Assembly: GCA_023920165.1 (NCBI GenBank)
Contig: CP089279.1
Location: 1,984,001-2,048,000 of the forward strand
Length of the DNA: 64,000 nt
Reading direction: 5' to 3'
Source: Curvularia clavata
Taxonomy: Eukaryota
Position 1 is the first letter of the stretch. Each line of letters starts with the position of its first letter. Both the position numbers and the translations under genes were made by a program. Below, piece after piece: positions 37,701-48,379 of the stretch. Under the pieces are notes generated by a model. That model was not told the origin of the DNA and did no database searches. It was given only the letters and a program-made list of their open reading frames with translations.

Positions 37701-38244
37701 CGTTCGTACCACACAGACCAACATCACATCGGCGGAAGGTAATGCCATTAAGAAGCTTTCTAAGGGCAAGGCCGCGACTTTTGACCCGAAGAAAGAGAAG
37801 AAGATTACCATATTTTCTGCTCAAGAGTGGCCTGCCTGGCAAAAGAAGTACATTGACATGCTCCGCGACGCAGCTACTATCGACATCAAGGCCATCAGCA
37901 AGTCGATCGACAAGTCTGAGTCCAAGAAAGCCATGCCCTTCATCAACGGCCTCAAGCGTCGTCTGGACAACGGAGAGCCAAAGGAGGTGGTGCTGAACCG
38001 CGAACTTGCCTTCGACGAACTGTCTACCCTGCGCGTCATGGTTCCAGGCCTGAAACAGACTGTGCAGAAGTGTGTCGACGTGGAGATTGTCGTGGTTTCA
38101 GAAGGAGGAAAAGAAGGCACCGTGATCAAGGAGGATGGCAGTAAGGGCGAGACTCGATCGGAACTCCCACCTCAGGCCGCAACAGCCGAGCCTGGTTCGC
38201 CTAGCTTTGCTTTTGACAATGTCGAGAGCGTGGCTGTTCGGTAA
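34756..38244 (+). CDS. CDC60: Cytosolic leucyl-tRNA synthetase
   Basis: Intronless. YPYMNGTLHAGH (HIGH), CP1 editing motifs ATLRPETMYGQT and VPSDSPDD, GKDLIQNHL, KMSKS. Confidence 0.97.
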   Translation: MAETTKSSDAPKSAVAATLEQLKPQEAESKTLKIENTDKRDTLIAEEKKYQQSWADQGVFNPEAPSLDEEPFDTTTPDQLHEKFPKWLGCFAYPYMNGTLHAGHGFTASKVEFTAGFQRMLGKRVLFPLGWHVTGMPIKACADKLVREVEMFGQNFERCPVEDVIETTVPEPPAPTQAETKTDITKFKAQKGKAAAKTVKTKYQFQIMLAQGIPLEEIHKFSDPYHWIEFFPPLAKKDLTAFGARIDWRRQFVTTDANPYYDSFVAWQMRRLKAMGKIIFAKRYTVYSPKDGQACMDHDRQSGEGVTVQEYTALKMKVVKWADSAKAHVAGVPEGASCYFVPATLRPETMYGQTSCFVGPSITYSLVKISDNEYFILSERAARNMAYQGTTAKWGDYSIVATFPGKDVIGTVVNAPLSVHKEVYILPMETVKDTKGTAVVTCVPSDSPDDYITSFDLAKKAEYYGIQKEWVKFDDLLGIIETPSYGKLTAQKLVEEMKIQSPKDSAKLAEAKEKAYKEGFYKGKMIYGDFSGKPVEEAKPLVRKQLIDSGLAFPYAEPDGKVISRSGDDCVAALLDQWYMNYGTAANGGDGEWAEKVRSHIEGELNLYYPEAKNQFLRVVDWLGIWACARSYGLGTKVPWDPSVMVESLSDSTIYQAYYSFAHLLHKDMFGKEPGPLGIKPDQMTDEAWDYVFALRDRSDVPQSTIPKQALETMRRHFDYWYPLDQRSSGKDLIQNHLTMNLYVHAAIFPKENWPRSFRVNGHLLLNGDKMSKSTGNFLTIAGAVQKFGADATRIALADAGDEISDANFEESVANSNILKLFELRKWCEELVNEAIYVPDATAYMEKKTNERMKNPDVIQRQSGSERLLFDKMFDNEMNVLVHEAFAHYSNTSYKLALKSAFYDFTSARDFYREATKAAGIGMHQDLVKKFIELQALLLTPLAPHWSEYIWLEVLKNKETIQNALWPKVPEADPSLTAAREFVRTTQTNITSAEGNAIKKLSKGKAATFDPKKEKKITIFSAQEWPAWQKKYIDMLRDAATIDIKAISKSIDKSESKKAMPFINGLKRRLDNGEPKEVVLNRELAFDELSTLRVMVPGLKQTVQKCVDVEIVVVSEGGKEGTVIKEDGSKGETRSELPPQAATAEPGSPSFAFDNVESVAVR

Positions 38245-38700
38245 AGTGAGCGAGTGAGTGAGCGATTGAACAACCCTAGCTGCAGATTCGGCGTTGGTAC
38301 CACGGCATGGATTCATACGAGCACACGACAGATCATGAAGGCATTGTAACGTATGAGATGAGGAATGTTTTGGGATGTTTGATAAAAGCAAAAGGGATGC
38401 GTGCTACTTTATATAGAGTGTGATTACTACTAATCCTGATTGGTTCACATGTCCCTAAAACCCTGAATCATCCTGCCACTTTTGTTGTATCTGATCCGCA
38501 CACTCCGTAAAAAGACCAAAGTGATGACTTTGATAATGATGTTGCTCACAGTAGAGAAATGGAATGAAAGTACATATCGACTGCATCTGCGGGCCTTGTT
38601 GGCACTCCGCACCGTCTATCTTAATGATCCAAAGGAAATCCCAAACCAACAAAGGAGATTCGTTACAATGGGGGCACAGCCCACTCCATAAGCTCTACAT

Positions 38701-39681
38701 TTACCACTTGATCTTCTTGTCCTTGCCAATGAACTCATCGATAATGTCGAGGTAGTACTCCTTAAGGTCCTCGACCTTTGGGACCTCGTCGCTCTTGCTG
38801 TACAAGTCATATGGGTTGAACGCCTTGACAGCCTCGAGCATGCGCTCGTCCTTCTCGTTCATCATCCACTTGTACGCGCCCTGCGAGTGCCATGGGTAGA
38901 AAGAGTGATATCTGATCATGGCGAGACCCTCATCGGGGATGGTAGACTGGTCCTTCATGATGTGGTAGAGGTACTCATCATGGCCCCAAGACAGCATGAC
39001 GTTGTCCATGCCGCAGCCGGGTGTGTAGATGCCGTGCTCGGTGCTATAGATTTCGTCGTTGTAGTCAGGGTTGTTCTTGAAGGTGTCGGGGTAGATGATC
39101 TTGTCCGAGTAGGCGCAGCCGACGGGGAAGGTGTCGCCGACAACGTCCCACTGGCCGCGTGCCTCGTAGAAGAAGAGGAGCTTGCCTAGGTCGTGGATGA
39201 GGCCGACGAGTTGGAACCAACGCGGCTTGCCGTCGCGGCGGATGGCTTCGGCAGACTGGAGGAGGTGCTCAATTTGAGAGAGGGAAGTGTCCGGGTCAGA
39301 CTCGTCGATGAGCGTGTTGAGCTTCTCCATGGCTTCCCAGACGGTCATCTCGGCGCGTGTCTTGCTGTGGAATGAGTTGCGAGCCTTGAGGTTGTAGGCA
39401 ACGGTCTGCTTCTCGTGCTGCTCGCGGTAGAAGTTCTTGACGCGGTCACATGCCTCTTCGTACTGGCGGAACTGTGTCTTGTCCTTGTCGGCATCGAACT
39501 CTGACTTTTCGTAGATGTCTTTTTCCTGTTGTGACGCAGTGCCGTTCTTCATCTTCAGGGCGGCCTTGAGAACGTTGACATCGTCAATGGCGTCTGAGGT
39601 AGCCTCAAGGGCAAGGCCGTCACGGTGGTTGTTGAAGTCCTCAGCGATGTTGGGTGTCTCGAAGATTGCACCTGGTGCCAT
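38701..39681 (-). CDS. MIOX: myo-Inositol oxygenase
   Basis: 326-aa ORF with FRQY, FYREQHEKQT, DESDPD, HLLQSAEAIR, IHDLGK, QWDVVGDTFPVGC, SWGHDEY, IRYHSFYPWH, FNPYDLYSKS (di-iron HD-fold ligands). Confidence 0.97.
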   Translation of the reverse strand: MAPGAIFETPNIAEDFNNHRDGLALEATSDAIDDVNVLKAALKMKNGTASQQEKDIYEKSEFDADKDKTQFRQYEEACDRVKNFYREQHEKQTVAYNLKARNSFHSKTRAEMTVWEAMEKLNTLIDESDPDTSLSQIEHLLQSAEAIRRDGKPRWFQLVGLIHDLGKLLFFYEARGQWDVVGDTFPVGCAYSDKIIYPDTFKNNPDYNDEIYSTEHGIYTPGCGMDNVMLSWGHDEYLYHIMKDQSTIPDEGLAMIRYHSFYPWHSQGAYKWMMNEKDERMLEAVKAFNPYDLYSKSDEVPKVEDLKEYYLDIIDEFIGKDKKIKW

Positions 39682-40772
39682 TGTGGATGATGTGTTTGTG
39701 TGATGAACGAAACCAGGTATCTCAGAACAAAATAGGGTTCAGTCAGAGCAAAAGCTGTGAAACTCGAAATCAAGGCACAAAGGTAGGGCAAAAAGCTGGA
39801 CGATGAATGGCAGTAAGACGTGGCGAAGACAGCGACTACTTATCTTCTTGTGCCCCTCGCACTACGAAGGCTCGTGTTGCCAGAAATACACAAACAAGGC
39901 TAATACCGAAGAAACCCCAGAGAAAGACTTTTGAGGACTAAGTTATCGCGGTCTCCATGATTGAGATCCACTTTTGGATGAGGAGTCTCCGCAAAAACCG
40001 GCCCAACTAGGGATAAGGGCATCCCATGAGGCAAGTTTCGCCGTCTGACAAACTGCCGTTGAGCTGTCACAAGCAGATCTAAGGGTCTCAGCACGAGCAG
40101 CTAAGGACCCTAGATCGCATTCCGGCCACGGTGGTTGGATAGTGTGGTTAGATCTGTCACCGTTCGGCGGGAATGCCTTGCTGGTGTGTCATGGTGCGTC
40201 GTATGGGGTAGGCTGGGGCAAGAAGGCCCGCACTCGTCTGGAGACGGTAATTTTCGGCGCTGGTTGACAGCCGACGACCCACCTGGCTCTGGACCCTGCG
40301 GTCATATGCAGTCTGTACGAGTAAAATTAAAACATGGAAAAAAAATCAGTTGCTGATCAGGTGGAAGCGCTGCATGATGACGACCAAGCGCCTACCCCGC
40401 CAAGCACGTGATGCTCGGTCTGACCTTCCCCGACCAGACCCCACGCACCGCCAGCCACGTCTGGGCCATGTCTGGGCACGATTCCTCGACGAAACTTAGC
40501 ATGAGGCTCGAATAAAACGACGACGAATCAGCAGCATCTTCTTCGGCGCCGGACCGAAGCTACGCCGGCGGGATGCATAGTGGGGGCAGCAACGGACAGT
40601 CGGGAGGAATTATACAGTCAATCACAGTTGACGTAGGTCTTTGGCCATACCACAATGGTTCAGCTACTAGCCACAACAATGGGCCCCGCGCATTTCGAGA
40701 GCAGCTCTGTCCTGGCCGACCACCCCGCCGGCACCACTACATATACCCCAATACTAACCCGGCCAGGTCACG

Positions 40773-41888
40773 ATGAATCCTGCCCTTTCCAAGTTTATGC
40801 TCAAGAGCACACCAAAGAGTATCATCGATCCTCAGCCCGACATGAACACTGCTATCCCTCTGAACACTGGCGCTACTATCCCAGCCCTCGGTCTGGGAAC
40901 GTGGCAGTCTGCGCCGGGTGAAGTCAAGAAAGCTGTCATTCATGCCATTGAGAGTGGCTACAGGCACATTGACTGCGCCTTTTGCTACCAGAATGAGGAC
41001 GAGGTGGGAGATGCGCTTCAGGATGTCATCTCGCGAGGTATTGTAAAGAGAGAGGACCTCTTCATTACCAGCAAGCTCTGGTGCACATTCCACACTCGCG
41101 CTGAGGAGGGTCTGCAGAAGAGCTTGGACATGTTGAAAACACCCTACGTTGATCTGTACCTGATGCACTGGCCGGTACCCATGAACCCCAATGGTACGTC
41201 CTACATAGAATCTAGCAAGGCATAATGCTAACAGAGTCAAAGGCAACCATCCTCTGTTCCCCAAGCATGAAGACGGCTCTCGCGATATCGACCGCTCCAT
41301 CACCCACCAGGACACATGGAAGAACCTCGAGAAGCTGATCCAATCGCATCCCGACAAGGTCAAGGCCATTGGTGTCGCAAACTACTCTGTCAAGTACCTG
41401 GAGAAGCTGCTTGCCAAAGCCACTATTGTCCCCGCCGTCAACCAGATCGAGAACCACCCACTGTGCCCACAACAAGAGATTGTCGACTTCTGCAAGGAGA
41501 AGGGCATCCATATCACAGCCTACAGCCCACTCGGCAGCACTGGCTCGCCGCTGTTCAAGGACGAGATCGTCAACGAGGTCGCAAAGAAGCACAGCGTCGG
41601 ACCCGCCGTCGTGCTCCTGAGCTACCACCGTAAGTTTTTTCGACAAAGGCTTCATCATGATCAATACTGACTTTTCCAGTTGCCCGCAACTCATCAGTCC
41701 TCGCAAAATCTGTAACTCCCTCGCGTATCGAAGAGAATAGGAAACTCATTTCGCTTGACAGTGAGGACATGGAGAAGCTCGAGAAGATTCACAAGGACAA
41801 GGGTGTTCAGCGTTATGTTTACCCGCCCTTTGGTGTCAACGTTGGCTTCCCTGATAAGACAGAGGGTATGGACCTTAGCGGTCCTTGA
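40773..41888 (+). CDS. Aldo-keto reductase (Gcy1/Ypr1/AKR1A-like), candidate D-glucuronate reductase
   Basis: Exons 40773-41193, 41243-41629, 41680-41888; the start is uncertain because an upstream intron acceptor lies at 40766. IPALGLGTW, catalytic tetrad [34 protein letters not shown]. Confidence 0.9.
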
Positions 41889-42087
41889 CTGTCGGAAAAG
41901 GTCAGGTTGTGAGAATTGGATTTAGAGTAGGAGCAAAAGCTATACCCAATATGAATATGATACCATAAGAACTCTTCACAAACTTGATCGAGGTATTTGG
42001 TAGTGATCTTGTGGATACAAGAGGAACAGAGCTCTTAATGTGTTACAAAGATCCTCTGACCCAACCACAGCAGCCACATTCAGGATT

Positions 42088-42936
42088 CTACCTACCCATC
42101 CATCCTCCATCAACAGTAAGCACCTCACCACTCACATATGCACTCGACGCACTAGCCAAAAACACCACAGCGCCCTTGAAGTCCTCTGGGCTTCCCCATC
42201 TCCCAGCCGGAATCCTGCTCAGAATACTCTCCGCCCTCTTCTCATCCTTGATCAACGCCTCATTCATATCCGTCGCAATGTAGCCCGGCGCAATAGCATT
42301 AACGCTAATGCCCTTGCTCGCCCACTCATTCGACAGCGCCTTGGTCAGCTGTCCCACACCACCCTTTGACGCCGCATATGCTGGGACCGTAATACCGCCC
42401 TGGAACGTCAGGAGCGACGCCACGTTGATGATGCTACCGCGGCGTCCCAGTGGTAGATCGGCATTTTGAGACAGCATGTGTGCGCCTACGTCGCGGGCGA
42501 GCTGGAAGACGGAAGTCAAATTGACTTGCAGTACGGCTTCCCAGTCGTCGTCAGGGAACTGATGGGCTGGGTGGCGCCGTTGGATACCGCCGCAGTTGAG
42601 CAGGATGTGTACTCTGTGGCCGTCTTTGAGGATGGTGGGGAGGAGGGCGGCCACGGACTCTTTAGAGGCGAGGTCCGCGGTATAGATTGTGGCTTTGCGG
42701 CCGAGAGACTCAATGGCTTGCTTGGTGGATTGGTTGGATGTGTCGCGCTGAGTTTGGGCGTTAGTATTGATGGGCTTGAGAGATTGGTGCATGTAGAGAG
42801 AGCTCACTTGAACAAGAAGGATGTCTGCCCCCGCTTCGGCGAGGGCAATGGCCATTGATTGACCGATGCCTCGCGTGCCTCCTGTCACCAGGGCTGTTTG
42901 ACCCTCGAGGGAGAAGAGCTGCTTGACCGATGTCAT
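42088..42936 (-). CDS. Short-chain dehydrogenase, KduD / 2-deoxy-D-gluconate 3-dehydrogenase / 5-keto-gluconate reductase type
   Basis: Exons 42936-42808 and 42747-42088. [55 protein letters not shown] closely resemble bacterial KduD as recalled. Confidence 0.9.
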   Translation of the reverse strand: MTSVKQLFSLEGQTALVTGGTRGIGQSMAIALAEAGADILLVQVSSLYMHQSLKPINTNAQTQRDTSNQSTKQAIESLGRKATIYTADLASKESVAALLPTILKDGHRVHILLNCGGIQRRHPAHQFPDDDWEAVLQVNLTSVFQLARDVGAHMLSQNADLPLGRRGSIINVASLLTFQGGITVPAYAASKGGVGQLTKALSNEWASKGISVNAIAPGYIATDMNEALIKDEKRAESILSRIPAGRWGSPEDFKGAVVFLASASSAYVSGEVLTVDGGWMGR

Positions 42937-43462
42937 TGTGCCTGTTGTTCTTTTGCTCGTGGTAGGGATTCGGAAAGCTCCAGCAAAAGCCCAGAGACAA
43001 ATTAACGCTGATGGGGGCGAGAAGTAGACTGTAGCTAGCAAATCAATACAGCAAGCGCTTCTCGTATGAAAAAGAAATGCCTCACAAGTGTTTTAGGGTG
43101 CACGGAAGAGGACGACGGCATTCAGACGCAGGAATAGTGTTTGGGTAGCTCGGAACTGCCTCGGAAACGTGACCCCACCATTGCGTCGGCATCTGCTGTA
43201 GCGCCATTTCAAACGCCGAAGGTGGGAATTTCCCTCCACACGATCCATGTGCCATGGGGGAATACGCGCCGAATGTTTGGCGCATAGTGGATTCCGATGC
43301 GTGCGCAATAACTTGACTTGTCATCTGTCCTCCTCCTAACACTTGCTTGTTCAATCCTCATCTACGTTCTCATCTCGCAGCTGAGCATATCCGTCCAGAC
43401 TCGCCGTTAGGGCTCACACTTGTTCTTTGTACACTACAGACCAAGATTCAGAGTGTGAAAGC

Positions 43463-44779
43463 ATGGCTTCAGAGCAAAAGACCGACACAAGGCAGATTCG
43501 TGCCTCTGTGCTTCATGGTGCGAAGGATTTGCGAATCGTACGTCGTAGCACATTTCTTTAGTTGTATACATATCCTAACTTTCATCATAGGAAAACCGCT
43601 CACTCCCTGCACCCTCCCCAACAGAGCTCCAGATCAGTGTCCGCAGCACTGGTCTTTGCGGCTCTGATCTCCACTACTACCGACACTACCGCAATGGAGA
43701 CATCATTGTGCGAGAGCCCATGTCGCTAGGACATGAATCAGCTGGCGTGGTCGTAGGCGTCGGATCAGAAGTATCCAACTTCAAAGTCGGAGACAAGGTC
43801 GCGCTGGAAGTCGGACAGCCATGCGAGAACTGCGATAGGTGCAAAGAAGGAAGGTATAATATTTGCAAGGGTATGAAGTTTAGGAGTAGTGCAAAGGCCT
43901 TCCCTCACGCGCAGGGAACATTGCAGGATCGCATCAACCACCCAGCTGCGTGGTGCCACAAGTGAGTTTTTGGATTTGATCAAGATGGAGTGCATGCTAA
44001 TAGTGACTAGGCTACCCGAAGATGTGTCGTTAGATCTAGGAGCCCTCCTGGAGCCTCTGGGGGTAGCTATTCAAGCATCGAAACGAGCACAACTGGCCCC
44101 TGGCTCCACAGTGCTAGTTTTCGGAGCTGGCGCCGTTGGCATTCTCGTCGCAGCAATGGCAAAGATCTCTGGTGCGGGCACAGTGGTCATAGCTGACATT
44201 GATGCCGGACGAGTGCAATTCGCAGTAGACAACAAGTTCGCGCATCGAAGCTTTACCGTACCCATGAAGCGCGGTGCCACGATAGAAGAGCAACTTGACA
44301 TTGCTAAGGAGGTAGCTGCCGACATTGGTAAAACAACAAAGGAAAGCGGTGGAGAAGTAGGCGAGGTGGATGCAGTCTTCGAGTGTACCGGTGTGCCATC
44401 GTGCGTGCAGGCATCGATATTCGTAAGTCCTTCTGTGACTCCAGCATTGATTGATTACTAACAAAAACAGGCAACACGACCTGGCGGCAAAGTCCTCTTG
44501 ATCGGAATGGGTACGCCTATTCAAACTCTCCCCATCTCTGCAGCTGCTCTTCGCGAGGTCGACATCTTGGGTGTCTTCCGATATGCGAACACTTACCCCA
44601 CTGGTATTGAAGTCGTTTCAAAGAAGGGAGACGATTATCCTGACTTCTCGAAACTGGTAACACACCGATACAAGGGCTTGGAGTCAGCAGAGGAGGCGTT
44701 CGAGATGGCAGGAAAGACCAAAGACGACAAAGGAAATCTGGTCATCAAGGTCGTACTTGAGACTGGTGAGGAGATTTAA
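43463..44779 (+). CDS. Zn-dependent medium-chain polyol/sugar-acid dehydrogenase (sorbitol DH / L-idonate 5-dehydrogenase-like)
   Basis: Exons 43463-43537, 43591-43961, 44011-44422, 44471-44779. GLCGSDLHYY, LGHES, structural Zn CENCDRC...C, KFRSSAKAFPH (IdnD-like segment), GAGAVG, ADID (NAD-preferring), GVFRY. Confidence 0.9.
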
Positions 44780-45615
44780 CCAATTAAGTAATTATTGTGT
44801 TCATGTTGTTGTAGCTTTCTATGAGGCATCTTGCTCGGACCGTAAAAAATATCACCAAGTTGAATTCAATCTTTTTCACCATGTCACTGTTTACAAAAGC
44901 AATGAGTGCGGGGAAGCACCTACTAAATGGGACGGGTCGCTTACCATTAGCATGCTGATCCTACCCCAACCTCTCGATCTTCCTCGTTCCTGGTCGCGGA
45001 AGCGGAAATATTGCACGATGCAGAAGGAAACACATTTTGATTCTGGAGATTGTTCTTGTTGCGCGGGGAAAGTTAGCTCGAACCGCTGAATGAGGAAATT
45101 TTCCCCGCTTGTCAAGCCCAGTGCTGTACCCGACACAGCTCGACTCCACGCGTTCCCCACACTTTCGTCAACAGTCCGTATAGTCGCGTACCACAGTGAA
45201 CAGTTTTGCACAAGCTGTTCGTTCACTTGCGTCATTGGTTTGTTCGAACATAGAGTGCATTGCTCAACAACGGGAAACTCGGCACATCATCCGAGAGACG
45301 GGCAGGGAAAGCGGTGGCAGTATGTCCGGGACCGGGTACAAGGCATTTGCATGTGTCACTGGACGAAGGAACACAGGTCGAAAGAGACGAAAGACGCCAT
45401 TCATTGCACTTTAGAGCCTAGGTTGGACCCTGAAGGAAGCTATGACCAACATGCCTGATGGCAATCGAAAGTCGGTGTACTGTATTCCCGGAGGCGCAAA
45501 GCCAACTCCCATATAGCTGGCTGCGAAGTGCGCTTCTGACCTCTGCAACTGTATCTGCCTCTTTCATACCCATTTTCAATTCTCTCCACACTTGGTATAC
45601 TTCGCACATTCCACA

Positions 45616-46823
45616 ATGGCACCCGCAATCCGCAGACTACGCGTCGCCGTCTCAGGCCTTGGCCGCATGGGTGCACGCCATGCAAACCATTTCCTCCATC
45701 GCACACCCAAAGCGGAGCTCGTAGCAGCCTTCACACCAGCCGAGAATGAGCTTGCATGGGCAAAGGAGAACCTCGAGCCATGGGGTGTCAAGATTTATTC
45801 CAACTACGACGAGATGCTAAAGCACGAGGGCCTCGAGGCTGTCTGCGTTGCAACCGTCACAACAGTCCATGCCGAGCAGACAATCAAAGCAATTGAGGCT
45901 GGCAAGCACGTACTCTGCGAGAAGCCACTCAGCACCAAGTTGGATGTAGTATGTATTCCTTATGCCAAACGCTTCCCAAGGCATAGACTGACAAACACAA
46001 CCTAGTGCGCCCAAGTCCTCGACGCCGCGAAGCGCAACCCTCACATCAAGGTCATGTGCGGATTTTCTCGCCGATTCGATTCCTCGTACTTGAATGCCTA
46101 CAGTCTGACCTTGAACGGCGATATCGGACGTCCCACGATCCTACGATCACAGACATGTGACAAGTATGTAATGCCTTAGGGCCCTTACAGTGCACAAACT
46201 AACTGGAGACCTATAGATACGATCCTTCGGGCTTCTTTGTCGCATATGCTGAATTCTCTGGTGGCATCTTCGTTGATTGCAACATTCACGACATCGACCT
46301 TGCCCTATGGTACTTTTCCGCTGAGTCGAAGGGCAAGGTACTACCAAAAGTCAAGTCAGTCATGGCTGTCGGCGTCACAGCGCTCGAGCCTGACCTCGCC
46401 AAACACGGGGATGTAGACAATGGTGTTGGTGTCGTTGAGTTCCACTCTGGCCAAATTGCGTACTTTTACAGCTCGCGCATGAACGCTCCGGGCCAACACG
46501 ACACAACGGAGATTATCGGTACAAAGGGAAAGCTTACGGTCAATACCAACCCAACTACTGGACTACTGGAGAATCACAACAGCACGGGAATCCTCAGGGA
46601 GATTCCGCAAAACTACTATGAGCGCTTCGAGCAGGCATTTGTTGAAGAGGCGAGGCAGTTCACTGACGCTGTGCTGGACAACAAGGAGGTACCGGTAGAC
46701 CTCGAGAGCTCCATGGAGGCAGTTAAGATCGGTGTTGCGCTGCAGGAAAGCTTGAGGACTGGTAAGAAGATCTTCTTTGACCAGCAAGGAAACAGGGTAG
46801 ATGATGCAAGGGCGAAGTTGTAG
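45616..46823 (+). CDS. Gfo/Idh/MocA family oxidoreductase (inositol 2-dehydrogenase-like)
   Basis: Exons 45616-45948, 46006-46163, 46217-46823. GLGRMG, HVLCEKPL, GFSRRFD, GGIFVDCNIHDID, YYERF. Confidence 0.9.
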
Positions 46824-46949
46824 ATGGTTTACAAAAAAACCCCGAGTAGGAATAGCGAAACATAGTGAAGAGCATTAGGCCTTGGTCATGTCGATAATAG
46901 TCTAACGCATACCTGATAACAGTAATGAGACGTCGATTACGAATCTGCT

Positions 46950-48379
46950 GACGTAAAAGCAGTATAACGCTAGATTGTTGGTTCCTCTCGGTCACATCCA
47001 AAGCCATGCGTCCTTTGTTGGATACTACTGTAGCATCAGCTCCTCTCGAAAGCAAAAATGCCACCCTGTCATCTCTGCCCTGTTCAGCTGCAGTAAATAG
47101 AGCTGTTCCAACTTCCGCCTGGCCCCACTCCAGCCACGAGCGCTGGTCATCCCGGAACCATATGCTATCGATTGGACACCCCAAGTTGAGCAGAAGCTCG
47201 ACGATCTCACCGCTGTCTCCGTCCTTCCTTTGGTCAGGGAATGAGGAACCAGCCGCGCTCTGCAAAACAAAATAGAGATTGCTCCTCCTTTGCGTAGCAA
47301 TATTAAGACCGCCCGCCCTTTGCACAGCGAAATGGAGAAGTTGATCGTGTTGGATACCACTGCTTCGAGTAAGCAACAGTTTGATTATTGGTACCGAGGT
47401 CCTCATAACCGCAGATGACACTGCGGTGATGTCAAACTCTGCTTTTGCATCAGCTACAGCACCTTTGTCGAGTAACCAACGAGTAAAATGCTTGTCCCTT
47501 ACGACTTTCCTAATCACCATTAGTCGCGCTATCTGCTAGTATGCTTGTGTACTTACTCGAAACGCGGAGGGTGGTTGATGTCCCAACCGAAATTGATGTA
47601 TATCTGTGCTACAACTGGCGATCTCACCCAGGAGGCTACCAGAGAAGGCGTCCAATTCTCGCACAGGAACAAGAGAACATCAAGGTACCGAATCTTGGCA
47701 GCATCGCTGAACAAATTGGAATTACCGAAGGTATGTTCCGAATGATGAGCTTTCAGAGTGTCGAAGATGTTGACAACGTCGGCAAACCTGCCACCCCGGA
47801 TCGCCATGTGTACTACTTTGTACTGCAGATCAAATGCTGAGAGCGGCTCAGCAGGTTCGGTGATCATGTCTGAGTACATAACACGCGCAATATCCGTAAA
47901 GTGTGTTGCAACATGTTCACCGATGGGGCTGATGCCTGTAACCTTGAACAGATGCTCGATAGCCCAGAAGCCTCCAATACATCAAGGTATTCACTGCAGC
48001 AGTCTCGAGAATATGCACGTATCGATCCCGGGACACACGTGTGGTGCGCTCGACGAGGTAGTCCGCTGTGCGATTGATGGTGTGGCACAGAAGTAACTCA
48101 TTAGCATTCCCAAGCAACATCTTCGAACAAACAAATCTGTGTCTCATAGACGTGCTCAATCGCCACTGAAGGAGGACCTTCTTCAGTAAGTGGAATATCG
48201 AGTTTAGCACCACTCCATTGAACTGGCCTATGATATGTCAGGCGAAGCATTGGACGGCTGTCTCGAGGCAGCATACGGCATGTTTCCCGAAACCTGACTG
48301 CGCATTGCAAGTCGGTGTGCTGTACAGCAATGTCAATCGTGAGCTGCAAGACCTCAACCGGGAGCTCGAGTATAAACAT
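46950..48379 (-). pseudogene. Disrupted F-box-like / ankyrin-repeat gene
   Basis: MFILELPVEVLQL start and a GT-AG intron at 48276-48228. The frame stops at 47917 and resumes in another frame near 47879. Ankyrin repeats follow (WLLDKGA, LLHFAV, GTALFTAAEQG...FLLSRGAD). There is no stop at the natural end; the frame runs into the convergent gene. Confidence 0.6.
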
